Below are positions 45,751 to 55,072 of a stretch of DNA of 56,286 nucleotides, in pieces (the first letter of the stretch is position 1; every line of letters starts with the position of its first letter). The stretch lies in contig JBAUEX010000183.1 in the NCBI GenBank assembly GCA_049678845.1, positions 1 to 56,286 on the forward strand. The letters run 5' to 3'. Below the pieces are notes generated by a model that worked only from the letters and a program-made list of their open reading frames with translations, made no database searches and was not told where the DNA came from. The stretch comes from Candidatus Acidiferrales bacterium (lineage in GTDB: Bacteria > Acidobacteriota > Terriglobia > Acidiferrales > UBA7541). A program made the translations under genes and the position numbers.

Positions 45751-47019
45751 ATGCCACGGCAGCCCAAATTAGGACTAGGTTTTCGACAGGCGAGCGTCAC
45801 GCTGCGCGAAGCATCGTGGCTTGCGTTCGATACCTTGCGCGCGCATAAGCTGCGCAGTTTTCTGACGCTGCTCGGGGTCATTCTGGCGGTAACGACGCTT
45901 GTCTCGGTGATGAGCGTGCTCAACGGGCTAAATCTTTATGTGGCCAACAAGATCGCCAATCTGGGCTCCAACGCATTCGTGATCGATCGTATCGGCATCG
46001 TAACGAACTTCGATGACTTCTTGAAAGCAAACAAGCGGCCGCCCCTACGTATGGAGGACTACCGCGCGCTAAAAGACCACCTGAAGTATTCCGAGAAGGT
46101 CGCAGCCGAGGAAAACACTGTCGCGGACGTACATCAAGGCGAGCATCTGATGGAGGACGTGCAAGTGATCGGAGCGACACCGGAATTCGCCGAGGTGCGG
46201 GACTTCGACATTGCTTCCGGGCGCTTTTTTACGTACGCCGATGAAGATCATCGCACCCCGATTTGTTTTCTCGGCAACGACGTGGTGATGAAATTGTTTC
46301 CAGGAGTTGATCCGATCGGAAAAGAATTGCGGGTCGGAGCGCAGCAGTGCCAGGTGATCGGGACGGCCAAGTCACTGGGAACGATTCTGGGCCAGTCGCG
46401 CGATAATTTTGTGATGCTGCCGCTGACGACGTACCGAACGGTTTGGATGGCCGCCGACGATTCGATCACCATGTTCGTCGAAGCGATCAGCACGGAAGCG
46501 ATGCCCGAGGCGGAAGATGAAGTGCGCGTGCTATTGCGCGCCCGGCGTCACGTGCCGTATCGAACGGAAGACAACTTCGGAATCATCGAGCCGTCGTCCA
46601 TCACCGGGCTGTGGGAAAAACTCACGGGAAATCTGTTTGGCATCGCCGTGTGGCTGACGAGCGTATTCCTGGTGGTCGGTGGAATCGTGATTATGAACAT
46701 CATGCTCGCAAGCGTCACGGAACGGACCAGGGAGATTGGTTTGCGAAAGTCGTTGGGAGCGCGGCGACGCCACATCGTGCTGCAATTTCTGATGGAATCT
46801 TCGATTCTATCGGGCATGGGAGGGCTGGCGGGCGTCTTGCTGGCGGTGGGCATCGCCATGCTGGTCCGAGCGATATCACCCCTGCCGATCTCAACGCCGA
46901 TTCATGCGGTCGTAATTGCACTGGCGCTTTCGACCGGAGTAGGACTTTTCTTCGGCATTTATCCGGCCATGCGCGCGTCCCGGCTGGATCCTATTGAAGC
47001 GTTGCGGGCGGAAACCTAG
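45751..47019 (+). CDS. ABC transporter permease (MacB_PCD + FtsX domains)
   Basis: N-terminal TM, periplasmic MacB-type domain, and C-terminal FtsX with the motif VTERTREIGLRKSLGA. Confidence 0.85.
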   Translation: MPRQPKLGLGFRQASVTLREASWLAFDTLRAHKLRSFLTLLGVILAVTTLVSVMSVLNGLNLYVANKIANLGSNAFVIDRIGIVTNFDDFLKANKRPPLRMEDYRALKDHLKYSEKVAAEENTVADVHQGEHLMEDVQVIGATPEFAEVRDFDIASGRFFTYADEDHRTPICFLGNDVVMKLFPGVDPIGKELRVGAQQCQVIGTAKSLGTILGQSRDNFVMLPLTTYRTVWMAADDSITMFVEAISTEAMPEAEDEVRVLLRARRHVPYRTEDNFGIIEPSSITGLWEKLTGNLFGIAVWLTSVFLVVGGIVIMNIMLASVTERTREIGLRKSLGARRRHIVLQFLMESSILSGMGGLAGVLLAVGIAMLVRAISPLPISTPIHAVVIALALSTGVGLFFGIYPAMRASRLDPIEALRAET

Positions 47020-47028
47020 AGGCGAGCC

Positions 47029-48270
47029 ATGAAACAAGACATCCGCGAAAATCTTGCCCTGGCTTTCGACACGCTCCGAACGCACAAGGCGCGCAGCGCA
47101 CTCGCCGTTCTGGGCGTGGTGATTGGCGTGGGCGTGATCATCATCGTCGCTTCACTGATCACGGGATTCAAGGCAACGATCGCCGCGGAGATCGAAGGCT
47201 ACGGCGCGGACACCGCCTACGTGGATCGCTTTGACCAAGGACCACACGTGGGGCGCGTGCCGAAGCAAGTGCGCGAGAGACCTCCGCTGACGCTCGCCGA
47301 CGGAGAAGCGATCTTGGCCTCATGCCCCTCGGTAAAACAGATTGCCATCTCAGCTTTCAATTGGCATCAGGTTCACAGCATTCGTTATCAAAAAAATCAG
47401 GTTCAGGACATGGAATTCCGTGGCACATTTCCCGCGTACATGGAAGTCTACGGAAACGCGCAGCTGAAGGCGGGCCGCTTCTTCACATCAGCGGAAAGCG
47501 ACCATCATGAAAAAGTAGTGGTGTTGGGAGAAAATATCGCGACGGCGCTCTTTCCCACGGCGAATGACGCCTTGAATAAAACTGTTGTGATTGACGGCTC
47601 GGACTTTCTCGTGATCGGCGTCTATGAAAAACCTCCGGGCGGGTTTGGGATGCAGGACGAAGACCGGCGGGTGACGATTCCCTACGACACGTTCATGAAA
47701 ATGTTCCCCTCCGCCAAGGATAATGGCTACCGCTTTCTCGCCTATCACGGGAAGCTCGACGAAGCGGTGGACGAAGCGCGAGAAGTATTGCGACGCCGGA
47801 GAAAGGTGGCCTATGCCGCGCCGGACAATTTTTCCATCACTACACAGGTGCAGGAGGAAGAACAGTTCAACCAAATCATCGGCGGCGTCGCTCTGGTGCT
47901 GATCGTACTGAGCTCAATTGGACTGCTGATCGGCGGCGTGGGCGTAATGAACATCATGCTCGTCAGCGTCACGGAACGGACGCGCGAGATCGGCGTGCGC
48001 AAAGCGATCGGCGCGCGCAGCCGCGACATTACGTGGCAATTTCTATTCGAGGCCATGACCTTAACGGGTTCCGGCGGCATTCTCGGTGTTTTATTTTTCA
48101 GCGGACTCGCGATGCTGATTCCGCACGTCACTTCGATGAAAGCTGCAGTTCCCCTGTGGGCGGTACTGGTCGGCATCGGAGTGTCTGTGGGCGTCGGGCT
48201 AGTCTTTGGCGTGTGGCCCGCCATGAAAGCCGCGAAGCTCGATCCCATTGAAGCACTGCGCTACGAATAA
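47029..48270 (+). CDS. ABC transporter permease (MacB_PCD + FtsX domains), paralogue of the preceding gene
   Basis: Same architecture, with VTERTREIGVRKAIGA and the ending LDPIEALRYE. Confidence 0.85.
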   Translation: MKQDIRENLALAFDTLRTHKARSALAVLGVVIGVGVIIIVASLITGFKATIAAEIEGYGADTAYVDRFDQGPHVGRVPKQVRERPPLTLADGEAILASCPSVKQIAISAFNWHQVHSIRYQKNQVQDMEFRGTFPAYMEVYGNAQLKAGRFFTSAESDHHEKVVVLGENIATALFPTANDALNKTVVIDGSDFLVIGVYEKPPGGFGMQDEDRRVTIPYDTFMKMFPSAKDNGYRFLAYHGKLDEAVDEAREVLRRRRKVAYAAPDNFSITTQVQEEEQFNQIIGGVALVLIVLSSIGLLIGGVGVMNIMLVSVTERTREIGVRKAIGARSRDITWQFLFEAMTLTGSGGILGVLFFSGLAMLIPHVTSMKAAVPLWAVLVGIGVSVGVGLVFGVWPAMKAAKLDPIEALRYE

Positions 48271-48346
48271 CTCATGCCGCCTTCGGCGCCACAAGCGAAC
48301 CATGAAAATGGCCGCAAGGCGGCCGCTGAAAGTAAACGATTTAAGG

Positions 48347-48409
48347 CTGTTTTCTGAGGAATAATTCATGGTTCTTCGAACCACAACGAACCTATTTTCT
48401 GAGGAATAA
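48347..48409. repeat. tandem 18-nt direct repeat (CTGTTTTCTGAGGAATAA / CTATTTTCTGAGGAATAA)
   Basis: Copies at 48347-48364 and 48392-48409 match at 17 of 18 positions. Each is followed by a short palindromic hairpin. Confidence 0.6.
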
Positions 48410-48468
48410 ACTTCGATTCGAAGCTTTCTAACGAGCGTTCGGCGCTTATGACGGCCCTGGACTAACTA

Positions 48469-49131
48469 CTAGTTGGTGGCATGAGGCGGGGCGCCAGCGT
48501 GAAGGGCTACGAGCTGCGGGTTTTCTTGCATGTCCTGCGGGAATTTCTTTACGTATTCATCGACGGCGCGGCACCAGATGCGGTGCATGAAGGCATAACC
48601 AAAGGCGTGCATCTCGTTCATCGCCTCGGGCTCGGTCCAGCCCTCATTCGCCATGCGATAAACGGCGATCATCGTTCCGGTGCGATCAATGCCGCCATAG
48701 CAGTGGACAAAAATCTTCTTACCAGGATTTTCTCTTAAGATTTGAAGGAAACTCGCGGCAATTTTGTCGGACGGGCTCCGGCAATCCCAGCTCAGCAGAA
48801 TTAATTTCATGTTATTAGCGGCCGCCTCGTGTCTCTCCTGATTCAGATTCAAGCCGCGAAAGTCGACAATCACATCGATTCCCATTTTGGCGAGGCTTTG
48901 AAAACCCAAATCGGACGGCTGCGCTCCGCGATAAAGAGTTGGCGTCACCTCGCCGAAATTCGGCACACCCGCGAGCCAGATTCTTTTGGCCGGCGCGTGC
49001 GCGATCGTCGAATGCTTCGCCTTGGACTGGGCCTGAAGCGCGGGAACTGCTGCACAGACGCAGAAAGCCACAATTATGATTCGTCGCAGGTGGCGGATTG
49101 GTTGCGAGAGCCGCATGAAAATTAGATGCAT
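48469..49131 (-). CDS. secreted tyrosine/dual-specificity protein phosphatase family protein
   Basis: CX5R active-site loop HCYGGIDRTGT and an N-terminal signal-like segment. ATG 49116 is an alternative start. Confidence 0.75.
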   Translation of the reverse strand: MHLIFMRLSQPIRHLRRIIIVAFCVCAAVPALQAQSKAKHSTIAHAPAKRIWLAGVPNFGEVTPTLYRGAQPSDLGFQSLAKMGIDVIVDFRGLNLNQERHEAAANNMKLILLSWDCRSPSDKIAASFLQILRENPGKKIFVHCYGGIDRTGTMIAVYRMANEGWTEPEAMNEMHAFGYAFMHRIWCRAVDEYVKKFPQDMQENPQLVALHAGAPPHATN

Positions 49132-49262
49132 CTAAGCATAGCCACGATTGCGAAGCGAAACAAATGAGGAACCGCGAAGGGCCATTCTACGGCTGAACCA
49201 CCATCTATAGACAAGTTGGACACCGGCACCCAAAGATTTTGTGGTAGCGTTGCGCTTTCTGC

Positions 49263-49291
49263 TTGACACTTTTTCCACAACCCGGTAATAC
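49263..49291 (+). promoter_or_regulatory. sigma-70-like promoter about 375 nt upstream of nrdJ
   Basis: TTGACA (49263-49268), 17-nt spacer, TAATAC (49286-49291). Confidence 0.4.
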
Positions 49292-49667
49292 TGCGTTCCC
49301 AGATTCGGGGAGTGTGGTACGGGCCGTGAGCGGGGGAACGGAAGAACCCACGGCGTCGACCCGGGTTAAAAACCGACGAAATCAAGGGCCAGTCGCCCGA
49401 CCGTAATTGCAGTGTAAAGTGCGGGAGGAGCGAAGCTTTTTCTTTTTTCGGTTTTTAGGCAGCGTGGACATCCACTGCCGCCCGGCTTGCGCTGAACTGC
49501 TCCGAGAGCTAGAGTCATTCTCTCCGGAATTGAGTGACGGTTGCCTGCCCTCTCTAACCGTCGCGTAAGCCGGGGTCCCGGGGTTGCGGTATAATTGTTA
49601 AATCCGCTGTCCCTACCCGGTAAATCCATCAGCGGCAGGACTGCCTGCGCGGAGGCGGAAGGAAATC

Positions 49668-52469
49668 ATGGCGGAAACGAAAATGGCACTGAGCAGTAAT
49701 GTGGCAGGGAAAATGGACGTCGAGCAACAGGATCGCAAGACAATTCAGGCCGGGCTGGAATTCCGGCGCAAATTCACCGACGGCAAGATGGACCCATTTG
49801 ACGTGGTCGAATGGGAACGGCGGACGGCACAGATTGGGAACGAAAAAGGACAGGTGATTTTCCGCCAGGATAACATTGAAGTTCCGAAGTCATGGTCGCA
49901 GACGGCGACGAACATCGTCGCGTCGAAATATTTTCACGGAAAGCCGAACACGCCGGAGCGCGAAGGCTCGGTGCGCCAATTAATTGGGCGCGTGGTGGAT
50001 ACGATTGTGCACTGGGGAGAGCACGACGGATATTTCGCGACGCTGGAATCGCAGGCGGCTTTTCGGGGCGAGCTGACGCATTTGCTGGTCGAGCAGAAAA
50101 TGGCTTTCAATTCGCCTGTGTGGTTCAACCTGGGCGTGCAGCCGAAGCCTCAGTGCTCGGCGTGTTTCATTAATTCCGTGCAGGACAGCATGGACTCGAT
50201 CATGAATCTCGCAAAAACCGAAGGCATGCTTTTCAAGTGGGGCTCTGGAACAGGAACGAATTTCTCGACGCTGCGCGGGAGCAAGGAGACGCTTTCGGGA
50301 GGCGGAATTGCTTCAGGGCCGGTGAGTTTCATGAAAGGCTTCGACGCGTTCGCGGGCGTAATTAAGAGCGGTGGGAAAACGCGGCGGGCAGCCAAGATGG
50401 TGATCCTCAACGTCGACCATCCCGACATTGCGGAATTCATTGACTGCAAAATGAAGGAAGAGCGGAAGGCGCAGGTGTTGATCGAACAGGGCTACAACTC
50501 CTCGATTGACGGCGAAGCGTACAGTTCCATCTTTTTCCAGAACGCCAACCACTCCGTGCGCGTGACGGATGAATTCATGCAGGCCGTCGAAGATGACCGC
50601 GACTGGTGGACGCGGAATGTAAATGACGGCCAACCCGTCGAAAAATTCAGCGCGCGCGACCTGTTGCGCAGAATGTCGGAATCGGCATGGCAGTGCGGCG
50701 ACCCGGGCATGCAATATGATACGACGGTGAACCGCTGGCACACCTGCAAAGGAACGGATAAGATTTACGCGTCGAACCCCTGCTCGGAATATATGTTTCT
50801 CGACGACACGGCTTGCAATTTGGCGTCGCTCAATCTGCTGAAATTCCTCGGTCCGAACGGGCAATTCGATGTCGAAGGCTTCCGACACGCCGTTGACGTC
50901 ACCATCACAGCGCAGGAAATTCTGGTTTCCAACGCCAGCTACCCAACGCCTAAGATCGAGCGGAACTCGCACGATTTTCGCCCGCTCGGCCTGGGTTATG
51001 CCAACCTCGGCGCGCTGCTGCTTTCTCTGGGCGTGCCGTATGATTCCGACCAGGGCCGCGACATTGGCGGCGCGATCACCGCACTGATGACCGGCGAAGG
51101 CTACGCCCAATCGGCGCGCATGGCCGAGAAAATGGGGCCGTTTGCCGGCTATCAAGCGAACCGGGAGCCGATGCTGGAGGTGATGCGCATGCATCGCGAC
51201 TCGCTGCGGCCCATCAAGGAAGACAATGTCCAGCCGCAGATACTGCGCGCCGCGCGCGAAGCCTGGGATACTACGGTCGACCACGGTGGGAAGTTCGGTT
51301 ATCGCAATTCGCAAGTGTCCGTGCTGGCGCCGACCGGCACGATCGGCTTCATGATGGATTGCGACACGACCGGCATCGAGCCAGACCTGGCATTGGTGAA
51401 GCACAAACGACTTGTGGGCGGCGGCGTAATCAAGATCGTGAACAACACCGTGCCCATGGCGCTGATGCGCCTCGGCTATTCCGATGTGCAGGCGTCGCTG
51501 ATCGTCGACTGGATCGACCAGCACGGAACGATCGAGGGTGCGCCGGACCTTAAACCGGAACACTTGCCGGTGTTCGATTGCTCGCTCGCGACCAACGGCG
51601 GGCGTTCGATCGCTTGGCGCGGGCATTTGAAGATGATGGCCGCGGCGCAGCCGTTCCTCTCCGGCGCGATTTCGAAGACCATCAACATGCCGGAAGAGTC
51701 GACGGTCGAAGATGTGATGCAGGCTTATGTTGAATCCTGGAAATTGGGGTTGAAGGCCGTGGCTATTTATCGCGACAACTCGAAGCGTTCGCAACCGCTC
51801 TCCGCGGCGGGCGAGAAGAAAACCGGGACGGCGGGGCAGCCCGCACTATCGGCAGCGGCTAAAGTGGAGACTCCCGTGGGCGCCCAGCAGGAACTCTTCC
51901 GCTCGGAACGCAGAAGACTGCCGAACGAGCGCAACTCCATCACGCACAAATTCTCGGTTGGCGGGCACGAAGGTTATTTGACCGTCGGGAAATATGATGA
52001 CGGTACGCCGGGCGAGATTTTCATCAAGATGGCAAAAGAAGGCTCGACGCTCTCCGGAATCATGGACGGCTTCGCGCTTTCCGTTTCGATTGCCCTGCAG
52101 TACGGCGTTCCGCTACGCGCCATGATCGACAAATTTGTGAACGCGCGCTTTGAGCCTTCGGGCTTCACCGGGAACAGGGAAATTCCTTATGCCAAGTCGA
52201 TCATCGACTACATCGGGCGATGGCTGGGCGGAAAATTCATCTCGCGCGATTACCTGGTGCGGAACGGCGAAGCAGTAGAGGAACCTGCAGCGGCGAAAGT
52301 TGCTGTTCCGCTTGCTGGGGCGAGCGCCGTCGCGACCGCAGAGGAAAAGCTGCGCCCTCGCGCGGCGATTGACGACGCGCCTTCCTGCTCCGAATGCGGC
52401 ATGTTGATGACGCCCAACGGTAGCTGCTACAAATGCGAGAATTGCGGCAGTACTTCGGGGTGTAGCTAA
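49668..52469 (+). CDS. nrdJ: adenosylcobalamin-dependent ribonucleoside-diphosphate reductase (class II)
   Basis: Motifs NPCSEYMFLDDTACNLASLNL and ISKTINMPE. The Cys-rich C-terminal tail CSECG...CYKCENCGSTSGCS is typical of class II RNRs. Confidence 0.9.
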   Translation: MAETKMALSSNVAGKMDVEQQDRKTIQAGLEFRRKFTDGKMDPFDVVEWERRTAQIGNEKGQVIFRQDNIEVPKSWSQTATNIVASKYFHGKPNTPEREGSVRQLIGRVVDTIVHWGEHDGYFATLESQAAFRGELTHLLVEQKMAFNSPVWFNLGVQPKPQCSACFINSVQDSMDSIMNLAKTEGMLFKWGSGTGTNFSTLRGSKETLSGGGIASGPVSFMKGFDAFAGVIKSGGKTRRAAKMVILNVDHPDIAEFIDCKMKEERKAQVLIEQGYNSSIDGEAYSSIFFQNANHSVRVTDEFMQAVEDDRDWWTRNVNDGQPVEKFSARDLLRRMSESAWQCGDPGMQYDTTVNRWHTCKGTDKIYASNPCSEYMFLDDTACNLASLNLLKFLGPNGQFDVEGFRHAVDVTITAQEILVSNASYPTPKIERNSHDFRPLGLGYANLGALLLSLGVPYDSDQGRDIGGAITALMTGEGYAQSARMAEKMGPFAGYQANREPMLEVMRMHRDSLRPIKEDNVQPQILRAAREAWDTTVDHGGKFGYRNSQVSVLAPTGTIGFMMDCDTTGIEPDLALVKHKRLVGGGVIKIVNNTVPMALMRLGYSDVQASLIVDWIDQHGTIEGAPDLKPEHLPVFDCSLATNGGRSIAWRGHLKMMAAAQPFLSGAISKTINMPEESTVEDVMQAYVESWKLGLKAVAIYRDNSKRSQPLSAAGEKKTGTAGQPALSAAAKVETPVGAQQELFRSERRRLPNERNSITHKFSVGGHEGYLTVGKYDDGTPGEIFIKMAKEGSTLSGIMDGFALSVSIALQYGVPLRAMIDKFVNARFEPSGFTGNREIPYAKSIIDYIGRWLGGKFISRDYLVRNGEAVEEPAAAKVAVPLAGASAVATAEEKLRPRAAIDDAPSCSECGMLMTPNGSCYKCENCGSTSGCS

Positions 52470-52619
52470 AGGGCGGACAGTAAGTGTTCCCTTAACGCGG
52501 TGTCAAAGCAGGTGCCAAATCAGCAGCGCACCGGCTTTCCTTTTCTACGCCTGGACGTAGTGCAAGCCGATACATGAGAGTCGCTGCGAAGGCAAGTATT
52601 TCTTGAATGAAAATGCCAA

Positions 52620-53984
52620 TCAGGCGGCGCCGACCGAGGATTCGATGGCGGAGGCGATGGACTGGGCGTAGAGGTCGACGTCTTCGGGGCGTTCGGCCTC
52701 GACCATGACGCGCGCCAGTTGCTCTGTGCCGGAATAGCGCACCACAACGCGGCCCGAACTGCCGAGATTTTTTTCGGCGTTGGCAAGCGCGCTGACCACC
52801 AGCGGCAGAGAATCAAGCGGCTGTTTTGATCGCACGCGCACGTTGACGATTTTCTGTGGAAACACTTTCAGATCGTGCAAAAGAGCATCGAGTTTCCCGG
52901 AGATGGCAACCAGCGAGGCCATTTTCACGGCTGTGAGCATTCCGTCGCCGGTGGTTGAGTCGTCGAGGAAGATGACGTGCCCGGATTGCTCGCCGCCAAG
53001 ATTCGCGTCGATGCGCAGCATCTCTTCCAGCACATAACGGTCGCCGACAGGAACACGCGCGAGTTTCAAGCCGTCGCGTTCGAGGGCTCGTTCGAGGCCT
53101 AGATTCGACATGCTCGTGCCAACGATTGTGTCGCCTTTGAGCTGCCTCGTTTTTTTCATAAAGCGCCCGGCGGCAAAAAGAACAGCATCGCCATCGACGT
53201 ACCGGCCACTCGAAGTCGAAAAAACGGCGCGGTCAGCGTCGCCGTCAAACGCCACTCCCAGATGGGCGCCGGAAGTGGCGGTTTTCTCCTGCATTTTGCC
53301 GGGATGAAGCGAACCACAATGATCGTTGATGTTGCGGCCGTCTGGATGGTCGAAAATCGTCAGGACTTCCGCGCCGAGTCCGCGAAAAAGCTCCGGCGCG
53401 AGCTTGCTGGCCGCGCCATTGGCGCCGTCGAGAACGATTTTCATTCCCGCGAGATTTGCGCCCGAAAACATCTTGCCGCGTAAGGCCGAGAGATAATCGA
53501 TTTGCAAAGCCGTGGTGGCAGGCAAGCTGCTCGACACTGCCTCTGGAATCGGCGAGTTGTCCATTTGTGCAGCGAGAATGCGCATTTCGATTTGCGCCTC
53601 GGCCGCGTCAGGGAACTTCATTCCGTTGCCGGAAATTAGCTTCACGCCGTTGTCGTGATAGGGGTTGTGGGATGCGGAAATCACGACGCCGGCGGAGAAG
53701 TCTTCCGTGTGGACGAGCCAGGCGACGCCCGGAGTGGTGACAATACCCGCGGAGACGGGTTCGATTCCCGCGACGCGCAGACCTTGCGCAATGCGGCTGG
53801 CAATTTCGGGGCCGGACTCGCGCGTGTCCATGCCGATGAGCACCTTCGGCGATTTCGTGGGATCGCGATGTTCCGCGATGTACTCGCCCAAGGCGACGCC
53901 AACGCGAAAAAGCGTCGCGTCATCGAGAGGATATTTGCCGGGGAGGCCTCGGATTCCGTCAGTACCAAAAAGCTCTTTGGGCAT
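52620..53984 (-). CDS. glmM: phosphoglucosamine mutase
   Basis: Starts MPKELFGTDGIRG at ATG 53984 (the track extends to 54038). Active-site SASHNP and GEQSGH. Confidence 0.9.
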   Translation of the reverse strand: MPKELFGTDGIRGLPGKYPLDDATLFRVGVALGEYIAEHRDPTKSPKVLIGMDTRESGPEIASRIAQGLRVAGIEPVSAGIVTTPGVAWLVHTEDFSAGVVISASHNPYHDNGVKLISGNGMKFPDAAEAQIEMRILAAQMDNSPIPEAVSSSLPATTALQIDYLSALRGKMFSGANLAGMKIVLDGANGAASKLAPELFRGLGAEVLTIFDHPDGRNINDHCGSLHPGKMQEKTATSGAHLGVAFDGDADRAVFSTSSGRYVDGDAVLFAAGRFMKKTRQLKGDTIVGTSMSNLGLERALERDGLKLARVPVGDRYVLEEMLRIDANLGGEQSGHVIFLDDSTTGDGMLTAVKMASLVAISGKLDALLHDLKVFPQKIVNVRVRSKQPLDSLPLVVSALANAEKNLGSSGRVVVRYSGTEQLARVMVEAERPEDVDLYAQSIASAIESSVGAA

Positions 53985-54244
53985 GCGCCTGAAAAAGAAT
54001 CGAAAGTGCGAACCGAAGCTGGGAACAAAGTTTAGCACATGCCGGAAACCACCCGCACGGAAAGAGGCTGGATTGCCCCGAGGGGGAAAAAACTCTTGCC
54101 GACGTCACGTCCAGGATTAACGCTGAAGTGACTTGCTTGCCGCTTGCCGCTCCCCGCTCAGGCCGTGTTATACTTCATGGCCCGTCCACCGGATGGGCGT
54201 TTCTGTCAGGTGGTCGCGGGTTAGCTGGGGCTGGAGGTGGGTTT

Positions 54245-54814
54245 ATCGCCGAACGAGCTGGAGCGAGTAGTGGTCCGCGGGTGAACGAGCGCATTCGCGC
54301 GCGCGAGTTGCGCGTGATTGATGACCAGGGAAATCAGCTTGGCGTCATGACTTACTTCGACGCCATGAAGGCGGCGCGCGAGGCGGGGCTCGATCTGGTC
54401 GAGATTTCTCCGAACGCCGTGCCTCCGGTCTGCAAAATCGCCGATTTCGGCAAGTTTCTCTACGAGCAGAACAAAAAGGCTCATGAGACGCGCAAACACC
54501 AGAAGGGCACGCAGATTAAGGAAGTGAAGTTCCGCCCTTCCACGGCCGAGCATGACTATCAGGTGCGCAAGAACCAGATTATCGAGTTCCTCGGCAAGGG
54601 TTACAAAGTGAAGGCCATGATCTTCCATCGCGGCCGGGAAATGGCTCATCAGGATGTAGGTCGCGGAAAGATGATGCGTCTGCTGAAGGATATCGAGGAG
54701 CACGCGCTGGTGGAATTTGGGCCGCGCATGGAAGCAAATATCCTGTTGGCTCTGTTGGCGCCGAAAAAAGGGTCCGTTGGCGCGAAGCCGGCTCCCGCAG
54801 CCGGACAAGCCTAA
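54245..54814 (+). CDS. infC: translation initiation factor IF-3
   Basis: INERIRARELRVIDDQGNQLGV..., LVEISPNAVPPVCKIADFGKFLYE. The proposed start is ATC 54245, 6 nt after GGAGGT (54233-54238). The first canonical in-frame start after it, GTG 54281, has no SD. The track start at 54128 is an extension. Confidence 0.75.
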   Translation: MAERAGASSGPRVNERIRARELRVIDDQGNQLGVMTYFDAMKAAREAGLDLVEISPNAVPPVCKIADFGKFLYEQNKKAHETRKHQKGTQIKEVKFRPSTAEHDYQVRKNQIIEFLGKGYKVKAMIFHRGREMAHQDVGRGKMMRLLKDIEEHALVEFGPRMEANILLALLAPKKGSVGAKPAPAAGQA

Positions 54815-54847
54815 CATTCAAAACATATTGCGTTTAGCGAGGGAATT

Positions 54848-55072
54848 GTGCCGAGAAAACCGAGAAAGAAAATCAAGCTGAAGACCCATCGAGGAGCGGC
54901 CAAACGTTTCAAGATCACTTCGACGGGGAAAATCATGCGTATGCATTCTGGCAAGCGCCACCTGCTCGGCACGAAGAAACCGAAGCGGCAGCGCCGACTT
55001 CTCAAGCAGATCCAGGTGACGCCGGGAGACGCCGCAAAGATCCGTCTGCAGTTGCCGTACGGCTTACCATAG
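54848..55072 (+). CDS. rpmI: 50S ribosomal protein L35
   Basis: KTHRGAAKRFKITSTGKIMRMHSGKRHLL. GTG start after GAGGGA. Confidence 0.85.
   Translation: MPRKPRKKIKLKTHRGAAKRFKITSTGKIMRMHSGKRHLLGTKKPKRQRRLLKQIQVTPGDAAKIRLQLPYGLP

Noticed and set aside
49290-49667. Cobalamin riboswitch or NrdR boxes in the nrdJ leader.
   Set aside because: I could not find the conserved B12 box or GCCACTG-type core on either strand. I also found no pair of AT-rich 16-bp NrdR palindromes; the best candidate, CCAAAGATTTTGTGG at about 49230, is only a weak half-match. The region is kept as an unexplained structured leader instead.
50313-51794. A 493-aa minus-strand ORF inside nrdJ, and similar antisense ORFs inside thrS (42293-43210), the TPR gene (36747-37457, 37830-38546) and the kinase gene (10327-11154).
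   Set aside because: Same reason: no recognisable motifs, biased composition, and complete overlap with well-supported genes.
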